A stretch of DNA of 64,000 bases. Origin: a virus. The notes below the pieces were generated by a model that saw only the letters and a list, made by a program, of their open reading frames with translations, was not told where the DNA came from and did no database searches. Shown piece after piece: positions 9,706-20,100 of the stretch; the stretch's first letter is position 1; the number at the start of each line of letters is the position of its first letter. The stretch is taken from IMG/VR virus record IMGVR_UViG_3300034122_002094; one strand, written 5' to 3'. The translations under genes and the position numbers were made by a program.

Positions 9706-12700
9706 TCAATCTCCAGGGCCATGAGCTTGAGCTCGTTTCGCTCGTTCTCCTGTGAACGTAGACCCATAACAACGCATGGAAGTTCTGTTATTCCAAGCTC
9801 TGCACATGTGAATGGGATGCGATCTCCCACTTGCGCGTCACGCTCATCACCAAAGCGCTTGACCTCAATCTCATACTGACGGCGCTTCGAGCAGAATACC
9901 TTCACGATGCGGCTGGTGACATCGCGCGCTGTGCGCTGGTCCAGCACCCAGTCTGCGTCGACGATCAGAGGCTCCTTACCCTGGAAGGCGCGACTCGTGC
10001 GGGCGAGCTGGGCGTTGTTGGCTGAGTGCTTGTGGATCGTCTTGCTGAGCTTGTCGTTGACGCGGTTCAGCGCAAAATTGTACACCACCTCAGTGTAGTT
10101 TGGACGGTAGCCGTCCTCGATCTCCTTGGGTTCGCCGAGCAGATTGTAGTTGTCGGAGATTTTTTTGGTCCATTCGATCCTGTCGGTGTCGATACGATGG
10201 AACGTGATCTTGCCATCCTTGAAAGATCTGAAGAGGCAGAACTGCTTGCAGATCTTCTCAAGGAACTCCTCGATCTTCATCGGCTGATCGATCAGGATGC
10301 TCGCTCGATAGAACGAGGTCGAGGCCTTGACAAATGCGATCGAGTCAAGGTCCAGGATCGACAGATTGTACGGATAGCGCCCATACTGCGCGAAGTAGTG
10401 GATCACCACGTCGAGAGGGTGCTCGATCATGCGACCAACCTCTCCCGTAATCAGTCCATTGCTGTCCGTGTAGCCCGAGAAAGAGCCGTAGAGAGGCGTT
10501 GTGCCAAAGCCGTTGCGTACAGGGTAGCGCTTGTCTGCTACGCCTGCTGTGGGCTCCCATAGAGCGCCCTGGAGCCTGATCCCATAATAGGTCCGGTTGT
10601 CCAATGAGACCGCCTCCTCCAGGGCATGATACGGTGTCTGGATCTGACCTCTGAAGGTTGGCTGGCCGTTGAACAGCTCAACGTGCCCATCCTCAAAGTT
10701 CGGGAACGGGTTCTTGGCGATCTTGCCGTACAAGCCTCCTCTCGTTCTCTGAAACTCCTGCTCATCAGACTTCACGCCGTCGCTGTTGTCCTCGAAGTGC
10801 TCAATGACGATGTCCTGCGCGCTTCTCACCGCACATGGGTGCGAAGCATAGATGTAGAGATCGTCTCCCGCTGTGGTCTTGTCCTCCATCAGGGTCTTCT
10901 TCGAGATCACCTGCATCAGCGGCGCGCGCCAGATGTTGCCGTAGCAAATCGGGAAGTAGCGGCCAAGATCGTCAGAGTTCTCGGGCACAGGATCATAGAT
11001 GATGCGATAACGGTTCTGGAGGAAGAACCGCTCAGCGTCACGGCGTCTGTGATCGCGGTTAATGAAGAACTCTGGTGACTCTTGATCTGATGCAGAGTCA
11101 AAAGACGGCTTATATGTCATGTAGTTAGAATACTGCTTGTATTGCGATTTGGTGATTGCAATACGATATGGGCTTGAAGCCTCAGCCTCAGTCGTCGAGT
11201 CATACTTCGGGCTGTCGCTCAGGACTGTGAGGGACGACTCACCTGGCACGAAGAATGTCAAGCGCTCGATGACGCGGTCATAATCGTCAGCAGGCTCCAC
11301 CACGATCTCAGAGGACTGGATCACTGCGAAGCGAGAAGTTGCGTTGTTGACGATTGCAGCGTTCTCCTGGCTTGCCGAAGAAGTGTCCCCTCCGCGACTG
11401 GCGCGCGTGATGTCGACGGCGAGCTGCTGGTAGTCCTTGATCATGTCAAGTCTCAGCCCTCTGAGACGGTTCTTGAGCTGGTCTCGCAAGGAGGAGCTCG
11501 CGATCAAAGCCTGTCGAGTCGACTCATCGAGGTTGTCGACGAACACATCCATCTGACCCACCATCCATTGGAACGTGAAGATCTCAACAGGGTGCTCTCT
11601 GAACTTCGACATGAGGTCGAACGGCTTGAGGTTTGTATTCGTCCGATCACTGATCGTGAAGTCTGGCAGGCTACCAGAGGTCTCGGGTGGGCCTGCAAAA
11701 GAGAAGGGCTGGTTGTAGTCGAAGAAGCGATCCTGGATGGACAGCCGCGCCACCGCGACAGTCTGTACAAGAGGAGGCGTGGACGGGTCGTTGGGATCAG
11801 GGGTAAAGGTGCCCTTGAAGACTGGGTTGGACAGATCACCGACGTTGAAAGCATCAACGACCTCAACGTAGTCTTCGATCTTGAATCGAGTGAACAGCTT
11901 GTAGAAGAGCGGATCGAGGAATGTGATCTCGGTCCCGTCCTCAAGAATCTGGGTGCGCATCGGCAGCTTCTGACCGAGGTACATGAAGCCCGCCCCGAAC
12001 TCCGGGTCCTCTGGATCTGGAGTGAAGCCGTTAGCCTTGACGTACAAGGTGTCAACGGTGTCCGTAGGCGCGTTCGGCTGCGTCTCGCTGATGCGACATG
12101 GCGCAACGCTCTCGCCGATGCCGTGGGGCCTCTTCAGAGCGTATGGCGTCGTGTCAATGGCCGCTGACAGTGGGTTGGCGAGCGCTGGGATCGCGTTCAG
12201 GATTGGGATCCCCGAGAGGTAGTGGCTGGTCTCAATCTGCCAGCAATGGCGATCTGGCGTTGGGCTCAAGCTGTAAAAGAAGCGGCCCTTCCCTGAGACG
12301 GAGTAAGCCACAACCTCAGCGTTCTCGGTCAGGCATGGATCGCCCACCTGAGCATAGGCATAGTCCGACAGGCCTTGCACAAGACGCTCCTGCCCTGTTG
12401 TCGTCTCGACCAGATCCAGCAGCACGTCGCCCGTCGCTGGCGTGTAGCTGGCTTCAGCGATCAGGCTAAAGGGTCCTCGGCCCTCGTTGGCGCTATCTAC
12501 ATAGTAGTGTGTCACACCGTTTGTGGTGATCTTCTGATTCGTCAAGAAGTTCCAGTGATCACTTGTGTAGTTTTGGAAGAGGTATTCGCTGGTCTGATCG
12601 GTCTCTGGAAGCTCATAGAGATAGACCTGGTTGTTGACCGCATTGAAGTCAAAATCAGACTCGATGATTGTGTTTCGATACGGATGCGTCACCTTGATGC

Positions 12701-13376
12701 GAGCCACTCCTTTGCCACCATTGGCATAGGCGTTCGGGTCAAGAGAGTCGTAGTTTGGCGGATTGTCCAGCGGCGATCCGAAGCCGACAACAGGCGCGAT
12801 CGCCCCGTTGTAGTTCTGGTTGCCCGCGATCGCGGCCTTTCGGAACGCGGCATGGTAGATCTGCCACTTGACATCGGGGCCTCTATCAAAGGAAGCGGAC
12901 ATCCTGACAGATCTTGGCGTCAATGCCTTGACATACTGGAAGCTTGATGCAGTGAAGAACCGCATGAAGTCCTGCTGGAGCAGATCCTCTGGCAGGCGGA
13001 TGTCAGCGGTTGCGACACCGTCGCTCCACTTCACATCGCTGATGACTGCGTCGAAGCGGTACAGCGGCTGGTTGTTCACGAGAGCGTAGACATTGACGAG
13101 CACCTGTCCTGTCGTGGTCTGCTGAGCAAAGTCCTGGAACAGCTTCTCAGGATCGGAGATCTGGACTGCGGCAGATGGGATCGGAGGGGCCGCCTCAAAG
13201 CCGATCTCGAACATCATGGGATCGAAGGCGATGACGCGAGGCTCGTAAGAGAGCTGGATCAGATCTCCCGAGATGTCTTCCAGGATCTGCGCTCGGCGTG
13301 TGGCGATCCTCACAGCGTTGTAGCCATTGTCAAACTTGAATGCGTATGTGATGATGTCTCTTGTCATGTTTGTCAT
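9702..13376 (-). CDS. Tail tip / baseplate hub-like protein
   Basis: 1224 aa, last of three large genes after the tape measure; FPICYG and EHPLDVV...AQVGDRI segments resemble tail-tip hub proteins. Confidence 0.6.
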   Translation of the reverse strand: MTNMTRDIITYAFKFDNGYNAVRIATRRAQILEDISGDLIQLSYEPRVIAFDPMMFEIGFEAAPPIPSAAVQISDPEKLFQDFAQQTTTGQVLVNVYALVNNQPLYRFDAVISDVKWSDGVATADIRLPEDLLQQDFMRFFTASSFQYVKALTPRSVRMSASFDRGPDVKWQIYHAAFRKAAIAGNQNYNGAIAPVVGFGSPLDNPPNYDSLDPNAYANGGKGVARIKVTHPYRNTIIESDFDFNAVNNQVYLYELPETDQTSEYLFQNYTSDHWNFLTNQKITTNGVTHYYVDSANEGRGPFSLIAEASYTPATGDVLLDLVETTTGQERLVQGLSDYAYAQVGDPCLTENAEVVAYSVSGKGRFFYSLSPTPDRHCWQIETSHYLSGIPILNAIPALANPLSAAIDTTPYALKRPHGIGESVAPCRISETQPNAPTDTVDTLYVKANGFTPDPEDPEFGAGFMYLGQKLPMRTQILEDGTEITFLDPLFYKLFTRFKIEDYVEVVDAFNVGDLSNPVFKGTFTPDPNDPSTPPLVQTVAVARLSIQDRFFDYNQPFSFAGPPETSGSLPDFTISDRTNTNLKPFDLMSKFREHPVEIFTFQWMVGQMDVFVDNLDESTRQALIASSSLRDQLKNRLRGLRLDMIKDYQQLAVDITRASRGGDTSSASQENAAIVNNATSRFAVIQSSEIVVEPADDYDRVIERLTFFVPGESSLTVLSDSPKYDSTTEAEASSPYRIAITKSQYKQYSNYMTYKPSFDSASDQESPEFFINRDHRRRDAERFFLQNRYRIIYDPVPENSDDLGRYFPICYGNIWRAPLMQVISKKTLMEDKTTAGDDLYIYASHPCAVRSAQDIVIEHFEDNSDGVKSDEQEFQRTRGGLYGKIAKNPFPNFEDGHVELFNGQPTFRGQIQTPYHALEEAVSLDNRTYYGIRLQGALWEPTAGVADKRYPVRNGFGTTPLYGSFSGYTDSNGLITGEVGRMIEHPLDVVIHYFAQYGRYPYNLSILDLDSIAFVKASTSFYRASILIDQPMKIEEFLEKICKQFCLFRSFKDGKITFHRIDTDRIEWTKKISDNYNLLGEPKEIEDGYRPNYTEVVYNFALNRVNDKLSKTIHKHSANNAQLARTSRAFQGKEPLIVDADWVLDQRTARDVTSRIVKVFCSKRRQYEIEVKRFGDERDAQVGDRIPFTCAELGITELPCVVMGLRSQENERNELKLMALEIE

Positions 13377-16300
13377 GGCGTCACCGTGATGAGGATAGAT
13401 CTTGTCTCGATATAATTTTCGCCGAAGTCAACCGTTGCGACGACCCTGTAACGACCTGGGTTCGTCCAGGTGTGGATCACTGAAGAGCCAGAACCCGTTG
13501 AACCGTCGCCAAAGTCCCAGGCGATCGTTGAGGTGTTCGTCGTGATCACGTTGATCGACAAAGTGTAGCTCTCACCGACCTCAAACAGCTCGGAGGGTGC
13601 TGACAGTTCGATGTAAGCCTGATCCGGCTCCAGTGGCAGCCGCTGGAGCTGATAGTCTTGAGAGGTGAACGTGAGGCGCCCCGTCTTGTCATACGCGATG
13701 CTTGAGATGTCGAGCTCGGTGAGCTGGCCAAAGCTCGTGTAGTCTTGCTCTGAGTCTTGATAGACCAGCGCAGTATAGACAGACCGCTGCTTGAGATCTG
13801 CAAGCGCAGACAGCGTTCTATGGATAGAGGTCGTCGGCAGGTACATGTCGAACGAAGTCTTGTACTGGAGCGGCTTGTCGCTGACAGACCTTGTGTGAGA
13901 GAAGTTGTTCGCAGAGGTCACGATCTTTGATGAAGAGTCGATCGCCTCTGACAGTCCCATAGCTGTTTGGCTGATCTCCAGAAAATCGCCAAAGACCACG
14001 CTGCCGATCGTCACGAGCTGCAAGCCTGTGTCGTCAGGCGCCTCCATCACGAGGCCGATGTGTGGAGCTCGCGCGCGGCCAACCTCGTCTGGGACCGAGA
14101 ATGTGAAGCTGTGATAGGTCAGCGCGATCGTCTCGTTGGCCAGAAGAACTGGCGAGTAATCGAGAACGATGACGTCATCAAAGTTGTCGATCACTCGATA
14201 TTGCGGTGTCCTGAACGCGCCAGTATCGGTGTTGTAGACGTAGGCATACTGGTTGAGTAGGCGATGCGTCTCCAGTGGCAGCTCCTGCACCGTCAGGATC
14301 GCGCCATCCTGCTCCGCGATGATGAGCGGCATGAATGGGGCCTGCATGACCTGGCTCGCCACGATGCTGGAGAAGGTGTTCGTTGTCGTGTCAAAAGTCC
14401 CGGCTGCGATGGAGAACTTGGTGACGCCCACGACGTTGCTCAAGCCGATGGCGTTGAAGCTCTGTCGCCTTGTGTTCTCAAAGACATAGAACGGCGGGTT
14501 CAAGCTGTCGTAGAGAGGCGTCACGTCGTGGACAAGGTTGGAGATTGGCACCAGCAGGTTGGACGCAATGTTGTTGGCGCTCACCCGATCATACGAGAAG
14601 TCAGCGGGTGCGCGCTCAGTGATCAAGCCACCGTAGAAGCTCAGCGCGACTCCATCTGGCAGCTCGATCTTGTTTGAATAGGCCCTCAGTGGTCTTGACG
14701 GCAGCTTGGTCTCATCAAGCACCTGACCCAGTGGCTCCTCCGGCGCGTCAGCCAGTTCAGCAGAGCGCATGAATGGACGATAGCCCTGCCCCAGCGAGGA
14801 GAGCCGAACGTCTGCCACCGTGGCAGTATGACCTGTGCCGTGAATGTCATAGCTGACCACGCCCACAGCGAACTGCGTCGACGCTGGTGAGCTGGAGCTG
14901 ATCGTGTCGACCACCCACGGCCCGACCCAGGTACGGTCGCCCTCCGCTCTCACAAAGACCCACGCTCCGTATGTCTGTGAGCTATTGCTCAAACGGCCAA
15001 ACCCATTGTAGATCAAGAACTCGACCATGCCCTCTGGCACCACAAAGCTGCCAGTCGAGGTCAAAGTGGTCCCTGCTGAGTCCGTGAAAGACAGGTCTCT
15101 GGTAGAGGTGAGTGACAGCCTCAGCGAGATACCAGCGCTCTCGCCAAGCAGGTGCAGCCGCCAAAACTCAAGCAATCCGCTCGGTGTGGTGAGCTCCAGC
15201 TTGATCCTTGACTTGAACGAGAAGAAATCGTCTCTATTGAGAACAATACGCTCTGGCACAGACAGCAGCACTTCTACCGACTCAAAATAGCCAGTGTCAC
15301 CGTCAACCGAGGTGTCGAACTCGTAGCCTTCTCCAGTGAGCGTCGTGTCCATCGATCCTGTCGATGTTACATCGAGTCCTCCCAGCGTTGGATCGCCCGC
15401 ATAGTGCGTCCATGACATCTCGTACCCATAGTCCTCACCGAGCGCAGACTGAGCGCCATGCACAATGAAACACGGAACCTGTTCCTCGAACAAAGGGAAG
15501 TCGGGGTCGGCGAAACGCACCGTCGACCACACCTCATGGTTGTGCATTGCCAAGGCAGGGTCTTCAAGGTTCAACAGGTTGCTTGTGCTGCGATAGTCTC
15601 CGGCATGATAGACGCCTGACTGCGCTGCGTCGAAGGCATCGCAGACAAAAGAGAAGTCAGCGTGGACAGACGAACCGTAGGCCATGATCTTGTCATGGAA
15701 ACCCTTTGGGAGCTGCTGAACTGGCGTCATCTGGAAGCGCGTAAACACACTCTCTGAGCTCCTCAAGCCATCACGATTCGTGGACTGGCCAGTCATCATG
15801 ATGAAGCTCTCAGTGCCATTTGTGCAGACAGCCAGATCATAGATCCAGAAGTTGTAGTCGCGATCCGTATCACCTGGGTCGGTGACCGCAGGCACATCGT
15901 ATGGATCTTCGCTCACCTGGTATCCCATCGTCGTGGCGTCGAGGTTCAGGGCGATGCAAGCGGACCATGTGTTCGGATCCTCGGGGGAGGCGCAGATACC
16001 GATCAGCCTGTTGTTGCCAGAAGAAGCTGGCGGCAGATCGGCATCACCGATCAGGAAGGTCGGATCTCCTCCCTTGAGGATGATGAACTGGCCCATGATC
16101 TGGTCAAAGTAGAGATCAAAGTTGACCGTGGCGCGCAAAAAGTCATCCTCGTCGACGCCATCTGATGCCATGAAAAACATCGCTGAGAAGTTTGCGTCAG
16201 ATCTCTTTGCGTAGATAGATCCCTGGCTTTCAACGATAAATGGCCTGTGATCATTCGATGCAGACTCGAAAAGGAAGCCATCGTTGTAGGAGATGTACAC

Positions 16301-17170
16301 GCGAGCGTCACGAACGCGATACAGGTTCGAGAGACCATCGCGGGTCACAGGTGCCACGCCGTAGCTCACAAGCATGATCGTATCGCCCGAGCTGGCCAGA
16401 CGCAGCCGGTAGGAGGCGTAGTTGCCCTGTGGATCTGGGTGGTTTGGCAACTGGATCTTTGCGATCATCTCAAATGTCAAGCCATTGTCGTCTGATCGCC
16501 AGACAAGCAGCCTGTTCTCACTGGTGCTCGCCTCAACCGATCTGTAAGCCAGATACAGACGGCCCTCATGCACGCACATGGCTGGACTGCCAACCTCGTT
16601 GTCAAAGTTCCTGGTCGAGATCGGCTCGTCATCAAAGCGGCGAACGAGCTCAAGATTCCCGGCGTCGTTGCGACGATAGATTACCGCGTGGGAAGACACG
16701 CCCTGAGAGCCAGCGGTGACCCTCTCGCCGCTCATATAGATCCTGCCATTGAAGCTCTGGATGCGCGGGCTGATCAGGCCGATCGTGGAGCTCGCATCAC
16801 CAGTATCCGCCATCTTGAGCGCGACATACTCCTTGACTGCGTAGCTGTGCTGGCCGATCAAGTGGCCATTGCCATCTGGCGGCGTGGAGTCAAAGCTGTG
16901 GTAAAGCTCAAACGGCTCCAGAAGATCCGATGGTGTGATGCCAGACTGTGGCGGGCGTGTGATGGTGCGGCCAGAGTTCCCTCCCACCGGCCCAGACAGA
17001 ACAACCGTATGCAGGTGCGTCTGGCTGCTATTAAGCGACAGCCCCTGCCTTGTGACCTCGATCTGATAGCCAGGATCGACAGACGTGACCATGCTGCGCT
17101 TGCCACCCGTCACCAGGTTGGCGTAGAGTAGCGAGAAGGAGATCGGGTTAATCAGTGCTGTTCTGGCCAT
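13373..17170 (-). CDS. Large tail protein with a propeller/BNR-like region and C-terminal PKD domain
   Basis: SDDNGLTF Asp-box; WDFGDGSTGSG...HTWTNPGRYRV PKD motif. Confidence 0.7.
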   Translation of the reverse strand: MARTALINPISFSLLYANLVTGGKRSMVTSVDPGYQIEVTRQGLSLNSSQTHLHTVVLSGPVGGNSGRTITRPPQSGITPSDLLEPFELYHSFDSTPPDGNGHLIGQHSYAVKEYVALKMADTGDASSTIGLISPRIQSFNGRIYMSGERVTAGSQGVSSHAVIYRRNDAGNLELVRRFDDEPISTRNFDNEVGSPAMCVHEGRLYLAYRSVEASTSENRLLVWRSDDNGLTFEMIAKIQLPNHPDPQGNYASYRLRLASSGDTIMLVSYGVAPVTRDGLSNLYRVRDARVYISYNDGFLFESASNDHRPFIVESQGSIYAKRSDANFSAMFFMASDGVDEDDFLRATVNFDLYFDQIMGQFIILKGGDPTFLIGDADLPPASSGNNRLIGICASPEDPNTWSACIALNLDATTMGYQVSEDPYDVPAVTDPGDTDRDYNFWIYDLAVCTNGTESFIMMTGQSTNRDGLRSSESVFTRFQMTPVQQLPKGFHDKIMAYGSSVHADFSFVCDAFDAAQSGVYHAGDYRSTSNLLNLEDPALAMHNHEVWSTVRFADPDFPLFEEQVPCFIVHGAQSALGEDYGYEMSWTHYAGDPTLGGLDVTSTGSMDTTLTGEGYEFDTSVDGDTGYFESVEVLLSVPERIVLNRDDFFSFKSRIKLELTTPSGLLEFWRLHLLGESAGISLRLSLTSTRDLSFTDSAGTTLTSTGSFVVPEGMVEFLIYNGFGRLSNSSQTYGAWVFVRAEGDRTWVGPWVVDTISSSSPASTQFAVGVVSYDIHGTGHTATVADVRLSSLGQGYRPFMRSAELADAPEEPLGQVLDETKLPSRPLRAYSNKIELPDGVALSFYGGLITERAPADFSYDRVSANNIASNLLVPISNLVHDVTPLYDSLNPPFYVFENTRRQSFNAIGLSNVVGVTKFSIAAGTFDTTTNTFSSIVASQVMQAPFMPLIIAEQDGAILTVQELPLETHRLLNQYAYVYNTDTGAFRTPQYRVIDNFDDVIVLDYSPVLLANETIALTYHSFTFSVPDEVGRARAPHIGLVMEAPDDTGLQLVTIGSVVFGDFLEISQTAMGLSEAIDSSSKIVTSANNFSHTRSVSDKPLQYKTSFDMYLPTTSIHRTLSALADLKQRSVYTALVYQDSEQDYTSFGQLTELDISSIAYDKTGRLTFTSQDYQLQRLPLEPDQAYIELSAPSELFEVGESYTLSINVITTNTSTIAWDFGDGSTGSGSSVIHTWTNPGRYRVVATVDFGENYIETRSILITVTP

Positions 17171-20100
17171 TATTCTACTGCCTTGAGCTTCAGAGTGATC
17201 GAGTATGCTCTGGCCTCGACCTTGTCGACCAGTAGCTCTCTTGTCGCCTCGCCGTCACACAGACACAAGCGGCATGAGTCTGGATCATTGACATCTTCAA
17301 TAACCCAGATCGGTTTTGCATTCAACGAGATCTTGGACAGGATCGCCTCGATCTTGTGGGCTGTCGAGCTCTTTGTCACGCCGTAGCTCAGGTTGTACTG
17401 CTTGCTGACGTTCTTGACGTTGGACTCAGACACCTGGTTGTTCAGCACATACTGCACGTCAGAGGCGTACTCGTACTGGAAACCTCTGCCGTTGTCTGGC
17501 AGTGTATCAATCAGATCCGAAGCGTATCCAAGGTCAAAGCTCTCAAGCTCGACCGCGCCGCCTGGTAGAGGCGTGGAGGATGAGACTCTAATGCCAGCGT
17601 ACCGCGCACGCAGAGGCTCGCTGAGGCGATGGAAGTGGTCAGACGAGTATACCTGTGCATCGAAGTCAAACGAGCTTCCTGGGGCGTCTGGGACGTCCTG
17701 GTAGCGTACTGGCAGCGCCAGTGTCGGCGTGGGCAGCCTGATGGACTCGGTGAAGGGCGACAGGATCTGGTTGATGACCTGTGTTGTCGGAGGAGCGCAG
17801 ACCATCGCCTCGTCGTCGAGCGCGAGCAGCTCCAACGTGTCCAGCGACTGAACCCATGATCTGCGATCAAGCATGGCGTGGTGATCTGGATAGATCTTCA
17901 TGTCCGCCTCAAGGATCCTTGAGTTTGGGAAGGACAGATTGGCCAGCGCGCGGTATCTCGTGTGCGAGCTGTTGACGGTCGCGACCACCTGCCAGGGATC
18001 ACTCACGCTGTCTCGCACGATCACCTGGTAGTCCTTGAAATTCTTGCCCTTCAAGAGGATGGTGTCAAAGACAAAGCTCGTCAGCCCGCTGTCCTGTGCG
18101 TCAGCCCAGATGACTGCGGTGGAGCTTGAGGCTCGCCAAAAGCCATGCAGCTTGCTTGACAGCATGTTGTTGGGGCTCGTGACGACCGATCGCGTCAGCG
18201 TCAAAGAGTCGCCTGTGAGGTTGCTCGTCCCGGTAAACCTTGTCTTGAAGCCCTGGGGGTAGTAGAGTTCGCACGACACGTTGCCAGACGTCGCTGCAAG
18301 CATCCACTGGGTGCGCGCGTGACCATCCTGAAGCGCGAACGTCGGGGTGTCGTTGCGTGGCATCGAAGAGCTTCCGATGAATGGGTTTGCTCCATAGTCC
18401 ACAAATGCTCCATCGACAGGCTCCCTTGGGCCATTGTCAAAGATGAGGTCGCCGAGCTGGACCTCCCAGACATCCATCGTCATATCACCGCCAAAGCTGC
18501 TGATCCGATAGTAGAGCTCGATGTCGCCGTCTGAGAGCGAAGCCTTGGCGCTGGCGTTGAACATGAGAGATGCTGGCGCATACGACTGGCTGTAAACCAC
18601 TCCAGTCTCGCTGAGGCGCGGCTTGATGATCACCATATAGTCAGATTTGCCCTGGGCCGCCTGCTTGCAAGCAAGGTCGAGATCGTAGAGAACTCCCGGT
18701 AGAAGCTCTGTTGTGGCGAACGTCACATACGCCAGCGTGCCTGCGTCCATGTACTGTGCGCGCAGCTCATAGACGTCGGCTGTCGTCGGCTTTGTGATTC
18801 GAGCCCTGAGCAGGCTCTCAAGCGTCGTGCCAGAGCCATCAGGATTGCTTGTGTTGTCATGCAACACAATCTCCATCCCGTCTTCATCGACAGAAGAAGA
18901 GAGGCTTGGCAGGACGAAGCTAAAGCGTGCGCGACAGCCTCTATTGCCCTCAAAGTTTCTCAGTCGAAGCTTCTTTGATACACCCAGCGCGTCAATGAGG
19001 AAACCGCTGGAGTTGATGGTTGTGGCACCTGTCGAGCTGTTGGTGACGAGATCTGATTGCACAAGAGCTGGTGTGGTGTTCAGGAAGCTCGGGTGGTAGA
19101 CTGTGTGCGCAGGGATCCCGAACGGGAACGAATCGGCAAACTGAGAGTGGTAGAAGGCTGGCTCCTCATAAGCGCTGCCTGAAGCGCTGACGCGCAGGAA
19201 GTGCTTGTCGCGCGTCAGCGACAGATTGTCCATGAAGCGCGCTGGCATCTCGGGGCGATCCTCATAAGTGTTGAAGGTCACCTCTGGCACAATGTTGTAT
19301 GAGTAAGTGAAAGTCCTCAGCGCTTTGTCGTGATGGGCGTTGAAGACAGGCACCGCCTCGAAGCGACGCGCAGGCTGATAGGCATTGACCAGTTGCCAGT
19401 TGCCAACCCAGTTGGAGCCCATATCAAACTCAAAGAATCGATCTCTGTTGGAGCGGAGGATCGATGCGTCGAGGCTCATGAGCTCAGCATGAGGCTGATC
19501 TGGCTGACTGGCGAAGTCTTGCATGTTCTCAAGCTGGATCGTCGTCGCGAGCGCCACGATGTCGCCGTCGATGTTCCAGCACGCCTCAAGGCTCTCGATG
19601 GGGCGCATCTGGTTGATGTCGTTGTAAGCGATGTCGAAGAATGGCGGCAGGCACACCTCTTTCAGCGTCTTGCCAGAACCTGCGAGGATGAAGGGCAGGC
19701 GCCTCGACTGCTCGATGACCGATACGACGATCGAGTTGTGATCAGAGCTTGCCTGGCACTTGATCTCCTGAGCGCCAGCATAGTAGCCAAACTCTCGATA
19801 CGCGACCGTCGCGAGCTCAGCCTCGTTGAAGGTCCAGAACTCTCGCATCTGAAGCGCGACCTCCAGCGACGAGACCGCGTAGTCCACGGCGTTGGACATG
19901 TAGCATCTTGAGAGACCATTGGCGAACAGCGTCACCTCATTGAGTGGCAACGTCGCAATCTTGAGCGTTCTCGTCAGGTGCGGGAAGCTGGAGATGGCGA
20001 GCGGAACGTCGACATACTCGTTGGTCGAGCGACCATAGATGTCCCTGTCCGCCACCTGGAGCGCCTTCCTTGTGTAGCGGTTGTTGCGCTTCTGAGCGAC